From NCBI GenBank assembly GCA_965222375.1, contig CBDCTZ010000016.1, positions 2,400,001 through 2,464,000 on the forward strand: a stretch of 64,000 nucleotides of DNA, given 5' to 3'. Under the pieces are notes generated by a model, which worked only from the letters and a program-made list of their open reading frames with translations, had not been told where the DNA came from and ran no database searches. Position numbers and translations under genes: made by a program. Positions 59,155-64,000 of this stretch are shown in pieces. This stretch comes from Polyangiaceae bacterium (lineage in GTDB: Bacteria; Myxococcota_A; Polyangia; Polyangiales; Polyangiaceae). Each line of letters opens with the position of its first letter. Within the stretch, counting starts at the first letter, position 1.

Positions 59155-60075
59155 TTAGCGCAGCTCGGGAAACAAGCGGTGTAGCAGGGTCGCGAGAGGT
59201 CCGGTATCGGGTAGCGAGACGCTGCCCAATTCCTCTGCCAAGCCTGCCGCACTGGCCTGACGCTGGTCGGGATCCCGCGACAGCGCCCGGCTGACTATTT
59301 CGTCCAGAGCCGGAGGAACGCCCGGGCGGAGCTCCGAAACCCGCGGGACCGGAGCGTCCACTACGGCGAGCATCGTTTCGGCCTGAGTGCCGCGACGAAA
59401 CAGCCGCTGCCCACACAGGAGTTCGTGCAGCACGACCCCGAGGCTGAACACGTCCGAACGTCCGTCCACGGCCGCGCCCTGCAGCTGCTCTGGAGAGCAG
59501 TAGGCGGCCTTGCCCTTGACGGTACCCGTGCTTGGACCCCGCGACGCTTGCTCCGCGGTGTGTGCGACCCCGAAGTCCAGCACCTTCACGGCGCTGTGGA
59601 ATGTCACCATGATGTTGTCTGGGTTCACGTCACGGTGCACGACTTGCCAGCTCTGCCCGTCTCGCTCGTAGTTGTGGGCATGGTCGAGCCCCATCGCCGC
59701 CGCCGCGACGATGTGGACGGCCGCAGCCGGTGCCAGCCCCGAAGGCTGGGCCCAGGCTCGCCTTGCCAGCGCTCCGCTGTCTGCACCCGCAAGGTACTCC
59801 ATCACGAAGTAGTAACGCCCTGCCTCCTCGCCGAATTCGAAGCCGCGTACCAGATTCGGGTGGGACAGCTCGGACAGGATCTGCGCCTCAGTTTCGAACA
59901 TTCCGACTTGCGCAGCGTCACCGCAGAGGTGCGGCAGCATCAGCTTGAGCGCCAGGGGGCCGCCCGTTGCTCCCGCAGCTTCGCCGTCGGTCAAGTAGAT
60001 CTCTGCCATCGTCCCGGTAGCGATGCGGCGACTCAGGGCAAAGGGCCCGATGCGTGTCGTGGACCCACGGCTCAT
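59155..60075 (-). CDS. Cytoplasmic Ser/Thr protein kinase (kinase domain only)
   Basis: IATGTMAEIY, ALK, HRDVNPDN, DFG, KGKAAYCSPEQ, SDVFSLG. Confidence 0.9.
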   Translation of the reverse strand: MSRGSTTRIGPFALSRRIATGTMAEIYLTDGEAAGATGGPLALKLMLPHLCGDAAQVGMFETEAQILSELSHPNLVRGFEFGEEAGRYYFVMEYLAGADSGALARRAWAQPSGLAPAAAVHIVAAAAMGLDHAHNYERDGQSWQVVHRDVNPDNIMVTFHSAVKVLDFGVAHTAEQASRGPSTGTVKGKAAYCSPEQLQGAAVDGRSDVFSLGVVLHELLCGQRLFRRGTQAETMLAVVDAPVPRVSELRPGVPPALDEIVSRALSRDPDQRQASAAGLAEELGSVSLPDTGPLATLLHRLFPELR

Positions 60076-60193
60076 GGCGGCCACCAATCATAGCCGGCAC
60101 TCCCATGGCCGATCAGTGCATATTCGCGCCCTACGGCGCACCCGGCATGAGTGTTTGCGGCGTCAATCCACCGATGCCATTGTTGCTCTAGCA

Positions 60194-61285
60194 GTGAAAC
60201 GACTTCTTCCAGCGGCGCTCGTGGCACTCGTGCCTCTGCTCTTGGCGTGCTCATCTCCAAAGTTCCAGGCCGAGCCGGGGGCGGGAGGCGCCGCTGCAGG
60301 CAGCGGCGGGTCTTCGGGCAGCGGTGGCGGCGCGGGCAGCGGCGGCGGTCCCGGCGGTGCGAGTGGCGCGTCTGGCTCCGGGGGAACTGCCGGAGCGGTT
60401 CCCGCAGCGGACTACTGCCAAACATCAGACTGCAAAGACCCGCGCTGTGCGCCGATCCCCGACGTTCCTTCGGGTTGGAAGGGGCCCCTCTTGCTCTCCA
60501 ACCCCGTCGACACCAGTGGCAAGTGTCCTGACGACTACTCCGCGAACATCGCTACCGCCGGGAAGCTGGTTGTGCCGCCGGGCAGCTGCCAGAGCTGCGC
60601 TTGCAACGCCGGGACTCTCAAGTGTGACGATCCGGACCTGCACATCTGGACGCATACGAACACGACCTGCGCTGGCGCTCCCACCGTAGTGCACCAATTC
60701 CCCAGCAGTTGCTACAAGTACGCAACGGGCGGCAAGGGCTACGCTGCTTCCTTCGGCTTCACCAAGCCCAAGGTCTCGGGTGTATGCGGGGCCAGTTCGG
60801 TCGGCAGCGCCAACTTGCCCGACCCCTATCTCGACCAACCACACCACTTGTGCCTGGGCACGCCAGGCACGGACGCTGGAGGATCCTGCGCACCCCAGAC
60901 GAAGCAGGCCATCTGCGTTGCCGTTCAGTCGAAAGGCGCGTCGTGCCCGGCTGGCTACCCGAATGCCCAAGACCTGGTCGAGGGAATTCTCAAGAAGAAT
61001 CGCAGCTGCGAGACGTGCAGCTGTGGCCAAGCCCAGGGAAGTTGCGATGGCACGCGAATCGACGCCAACTACCCTGGGACCACCGGTTCAGACTGCGGCA
61101 GCACGAAGCTATCTGTCCAGGATTCGGACGGCGGATGTAAGGCAACCGGCAGTACTACTCTCACGCAGTACTTCTCCTTCGTGAAGAGCCCGAGCCTCCA
61201 GAACCCCAGCTGCGCGCCCAACAAGCCGAAAGTCGTTGACGAGATCCAAGTTTCCGGTAGCTGGACGGTCTGCTGCACGAAATAG
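60194..61285 (+). CDS. Cys-rich lipoprotein with Gly linker
   Basis: Lipobox LLAC; PSGWKGP..CP..CQSCAC..CPAGYP..RSCETCSC..TVCC. Confidence 0.78.
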   Translation: MKRLLPAALVALVPLLLACSSPKFQAEPGAGGAAAGSGGSSGSGGGAGSGGGPGGASGASGSGGTAGAVPAADYCQTSDCKDPRCAPIPDVPSGWKGPLLLSNPVDTSGKCPDDYSANIATAGKLVVPPGSCQSCACNAGTLKCDDPDLHIWTHTNTTCAGAPTVVHQFPSSCYKYATGGKGYAASFGFTKPKVSGVCGASSVGSANLPDPYLDQPHHLCLGTPGTDAGGSCAPQTKQAICVAVQSKGASCPAGYPNAQDLVEGILKKNRSCETCSCGQAQGSCDGTRIDANYPGTTGSDCGSTKLSVQDSDGGCKATGSTTLTQYFSFVKSPSLQNPSCAPNKPKVVDEIQVSGSWTVCCTK

Positions 61286-61382
61286 AGTGCGGGACTATTC
61301 GCCGGGCCAGCCTGCATTTCTGCATCCCCAACTCGCAAGCATGCACTTTCCTTCGGACCTCCCCGGGCCCATGCTTTCCGAC

Positions 61383-63635
61383 ATGCCCGAATCCGAGTGG
61401 AAGCCCACGGCCTGCATCCTGTGTGAATGCAACTGCGGTTTGCAGGTACAACTCGGCGGCGACGACGGCCGCCATTTGGTGCGATTGCGCGGGGACCGCG
61501 CCCACCCGGCATCGCGAGGCTACGCCTGTGAAAAGGCGCATCGCCTAGACCACTACCAGCACGGGCTGGATCGCATCACCCAGCCACTGCGGCGACGGCC
61601 GGACGGAGGCTTCGACGAGATCGATTGGGATACCGCGATTTCCGAGGTTGCTAGTCGACTAGCCGCGGTCAGAGACCGTCACGGTGGCGAGAGCATCTTC
61701 TATTACGGCGGCGGAGGGCAGGGGAATCACTTGCCTGGCGCCCATGCCACAGCGACCCGGCGAGTGCTTCAGTCGCGCTACCGCTCCAGTGCCTTGGCCC
61801 AAGAAAAGACCGGGGAGTTCTGGGTCAGTCAGCGCATGCTCGGCACGTATACTCGAGGCGACTTCGAGAACTGTGAGGTCGGCGTGTTCTTGGGCAAGAA
61901 CCCCTGGCACTCTCACTCGATTCCTCGGGCCAGGGTGGTCCTGAAGACCATTGCCAAGGATCCGGAGCGCGCGCTGATCGTGGTCGATCCGCGTCGCACG
62001 GAAACCGCTGCGATGGCGGAAATCCACCTCCAGGTTCGACCCGGGCAGGACGCTTACCTAGTCGCGGCACTCGGGGCCGTGCTGCTGGAAGAGAAGCTGC
62101 ACGACCAAGAGTTCCTGTCGGAACGCACTACGGGTCTGGACGAAGTAGCCGAGGCTTTAGGCGCCGTCCCAATTTCCGATTTTTGCGTTCGCGCTGGCGT
62201 GCCCGAAGCACTCGTGCGCAAGGCCGCGCGTCGAATCGCGGCGGCCAAGAGTGTGGCCAGCTTCGAAGACCTGGGCGTGCAGATGAATCGGCACTCCACG
62301 CTGGTCAGCTACCTGCACCGCATGCTGTGGCTTTTGACCGGCAACTTCGGCAAACCCGGTACGCACTACGTTCCCACGACCTTGGTCAATCTGGCAGCGG
62401 GTTCCACCGGCCGCAAAAGCCCCGTCGTGGGGGCGGAAATCATCAGCGGATTGGTGCCCTGCAACGTCATTCCCGACGAAATCCTGACGGACCACGACAA
62501 GCGTTACCGCGCGATGCTCGTGGAGGCGGCCAACCCGGCCCACTCGCTGGCCGACAGCAAGCGCATGCGACAGGCCCTGAGTGCCCTCGACACCCTGGTC
62601 GTGATCGACGTTGCTATGAGCGAAACGGCCGAGCTAGCCGACTACGTTCTGCCGGCCTCGACCCAGTTCGAAAAAGCCGAGGCGACGTTCTTCAACTTCG
62701 AGTTCCCCCACAACTACTTCCACCTGCGACCACGCCTCTTTCCCCCGCCGGACGGCCCCCTGTCCGAAGCGGAGATCCACTGTCGGCTGGTCGAAGCTCT
62801 CGGCGCAGTCACTGCCGAGGACTTGAAGCCACTGCATGAAGCGGCAGCGCAAGGCCTGCAGGCTTACGGCCAAGCCCTCATGGCTCACGTGCTCCCGAAC
62901 CCGAAGCTCGCGCCCTTGGCGCCGGTAATCTTGTACCGGACTCTTGGTCCGACCTTGCCCGAAGAATTGGCAGAGGGCGCGGTCGTGTTCGGTCTGGCGT
63001 TCAAAGCGGCGTTGGAAAGCGCCGAGCCCTTGGCCCGCGCCGGCTTCGGGGGTTCTCCAGGGCAGGCCGCGGAGCGCCTGTTCCAGGCATTGCTCTCGAC
63101 TCCCAGTGGGGTCGTCTTCGCCGTCGACGAGTGGAGCGACGTGCAGGGGCGCATCGGCACGGACGATGGCAAGATCCACCTCGAGGTGCCCGAGCTACTC
63201 CGAGCCCTAGAAGAGCTCATCGCTGAGCCCGCTGAGCCTGACCCACAGTTTCCCCTGGTGCTGTCCGCCGGTGAGCGTCGCTCCTTCACCGCCAATACGA
63301 TCATCCGAGACCCGGCTTGGCGCCAAAAGGACGCCCTCGGCGCCCTGCGCATCAGTCCCCAAGATGCTTCAGCGCTAGGTGTCGATAGCGGTGACCAAGT
63401 CAAGTTGAGCACCAAACGAGACAGTGCGATCGTGACCGTCGAGGTGTCAGACACGATGCAAGCTGGCCACATCTCCCTCCCCAACGGACTCGGACTTTCC
63501 TACCCCGCGGGCGACAGCCGGCACACCACGGGCGTTGCTCCCAACGAGCTCACGTCCAGCGAGGAACGCGACCCGATTGCCGGAACTCCTTGGCACAAGC
63601 ACGTGCCCGCCCGGGTCGAACCCCTGGAGGCATGA
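61383..63635 (+). CDS. Molybdopterin (Mo-bisPGD) oxidoreductase with N-terminal 4Fe-4S
   Basis: TACILCECNCG..GYACEK; WDTAI; DPRRTETA; SETAELADYVLPA; C-terminal ISPQDA..LGV..GD.V binding domain; no Tat signal. Confidence 0.92.
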   Translation: MPESEWKPTACILCECNCGLQVQLGGDDGRHLVRLRGDRAHPASRGYACEKAHRLDHYQHGLDRITQPLRRRPDGGFDEIDWDTAISEVASRLAAVRDRHGGESIFYYGGGGQGNHLPGAHATATRRVLQSRYRSSALAQEKTGEFWVSQRMLGTYTRGDFENCEVGVFLGKNPWHSHSIPRARVVLKTIAKDPERALIVVDPRRTETAAMAEIHLQVRPGQDAYLVAALGAVLLEEKLHDQEFLSERTTGLDEVAEALGAVPISDFCVRAGVPEALVRKAARRIAAAKSVASFEDLGVQMNRHSTLVSYLHRMLWLLTGNFGKPGTHYVPTTLVNLAAGSTGRKSPVVGAEIISGLVPCNVIPDEILTDHDKRYRAMLVEAANPAHSLADSKRMRQALSALDTLVVIDVAMSETAELADYVLPASTQFEKAEATFFNFEFPHNYFHLRPRLFPPPDGPLSEAEIHCRLVEALGAVTAEDLKPLHEAAAQGLQAYGQALMAHVLPNPKLAPLAPVILYRTLGPTLPEELAEGAVVFGLAFKAALESAEPLARAGFGGSPGQAAERLFQALLSTPSGVVFAVDEWSDVQGRIGTDDGKIHLEVPELLRALEELIAEPAEPDPQFPLVLSAGERRSFTANTIIRDPAWRQKDALGALRISPQDASALGVDSGDQVKLSTKRDSAIVTVEVSDTMQAGHISLPNGLGLSYPAGDSRHTTGVAPNELTSSEERDPIAGTPWHKHVPARVEPLEA

Positions 63636-63741
63636 GCCAGCGCAGCTCCCGGGGCGAAATCGGCCTAAATTGACTGCGTTCTGCCGGGTCCCGGCACTTG
63701 AGGTGTGAAAAGCGCCGGGCGCTTGGGTAGTCTGCAAGGCC

Positions 63742-64000
63742 ATGGCAAAACGTCCAGCCGACGGGGGTGGCAGAAAGACGATGCCCAACGTCTTGGAGAC
63801 GTTGCCCGACGACGCCTTCAGGCCTGAAGACAGGCCCGAATCCCAGCCCCCGTCCGGGGATCCCGAGGCTCTCAGTCGCCTCGCTGCCTGGTCTCGGCAT
63901 GAGCCCGTCATGTTGCTGGTCGTGGCCGAAGGCCTCGAGAAGCAGCTGCGGCCGGCCCTCGAGCTCCGGGATTTGCGTGTGCATGTCGCCACCCCGGACC
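63742..64000 (+). CDS. Hypothetical protein, 5' part (runs off window)
   Basis: Open from ATG 63742 (MAKRPADGGGRKTMP..EPVMLLVVAEG..ALELRDLRV); N-terminus resembles the 22274 protein. Confidence 0.5.
   Translation, partial: MAKRPADGGGRKTMPNVLETLPDDAFRPEDRPESQPPSGDPEALSRLAAWSRHEPVMLLVVAEGLEKQLRPALELRDLRVHVATPD

Noticed and set aside
61383..63635. Specific call as formate dehydrogenase or nitrate reductase linked to the hydrogenase
   Set aside because: No partner subunits or Tat signal, about 50 kb from the hydrogenase; substrate cannot be assigned from sequence by eye

Overview
GC-rich bacterial DNA, most likely Myxococcota (Polyangiales-like). This is inferred from MYXO-CTERM, DUF2378, AgmX/PglI-type domains, eukaryote-like Ser/Thr kinases and many Gly-linker/Cys-rich lipoproteins. 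The left 11.5 kb holds an energy-metabolism block: the end of an rnf operon (rnfC, an apparent rnfD-rnfG fusion, rnfE, rnfA, and a small Cys-rich membrane ORF) and a group 3b-type [NiFe]-hydrogenase operon with an embedded cNMP-binding gene and a maturation protease. The rest is mostly envelope/secreted proteins plus icd, an aldo/keto reductase, DUF1015 and a Mo-bisPGD oxidoreductase. Most notable: (i) two tandem giant FecR-like/VIT/VWA/TonB-C-like/TPR proteins; (ii) a third VIT-VWA protein coupled to a rhombosortase; (iii) a receptor kinase with a Tudor-knot-like C-terminal domain; (iv) a recurring (GC)TAnnnT motif 5-8 nt before start codons, suggesting leaderless transcripts; (v) an 89-bp palindromic tandem repeat; (vi) several gene-fragment scars. 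I saw no rRNA, tRNA, CRISPR array or transposase. All family calls come from motif recognition by eye, not database searches, and many start codons were re-chosen from the ORF track.
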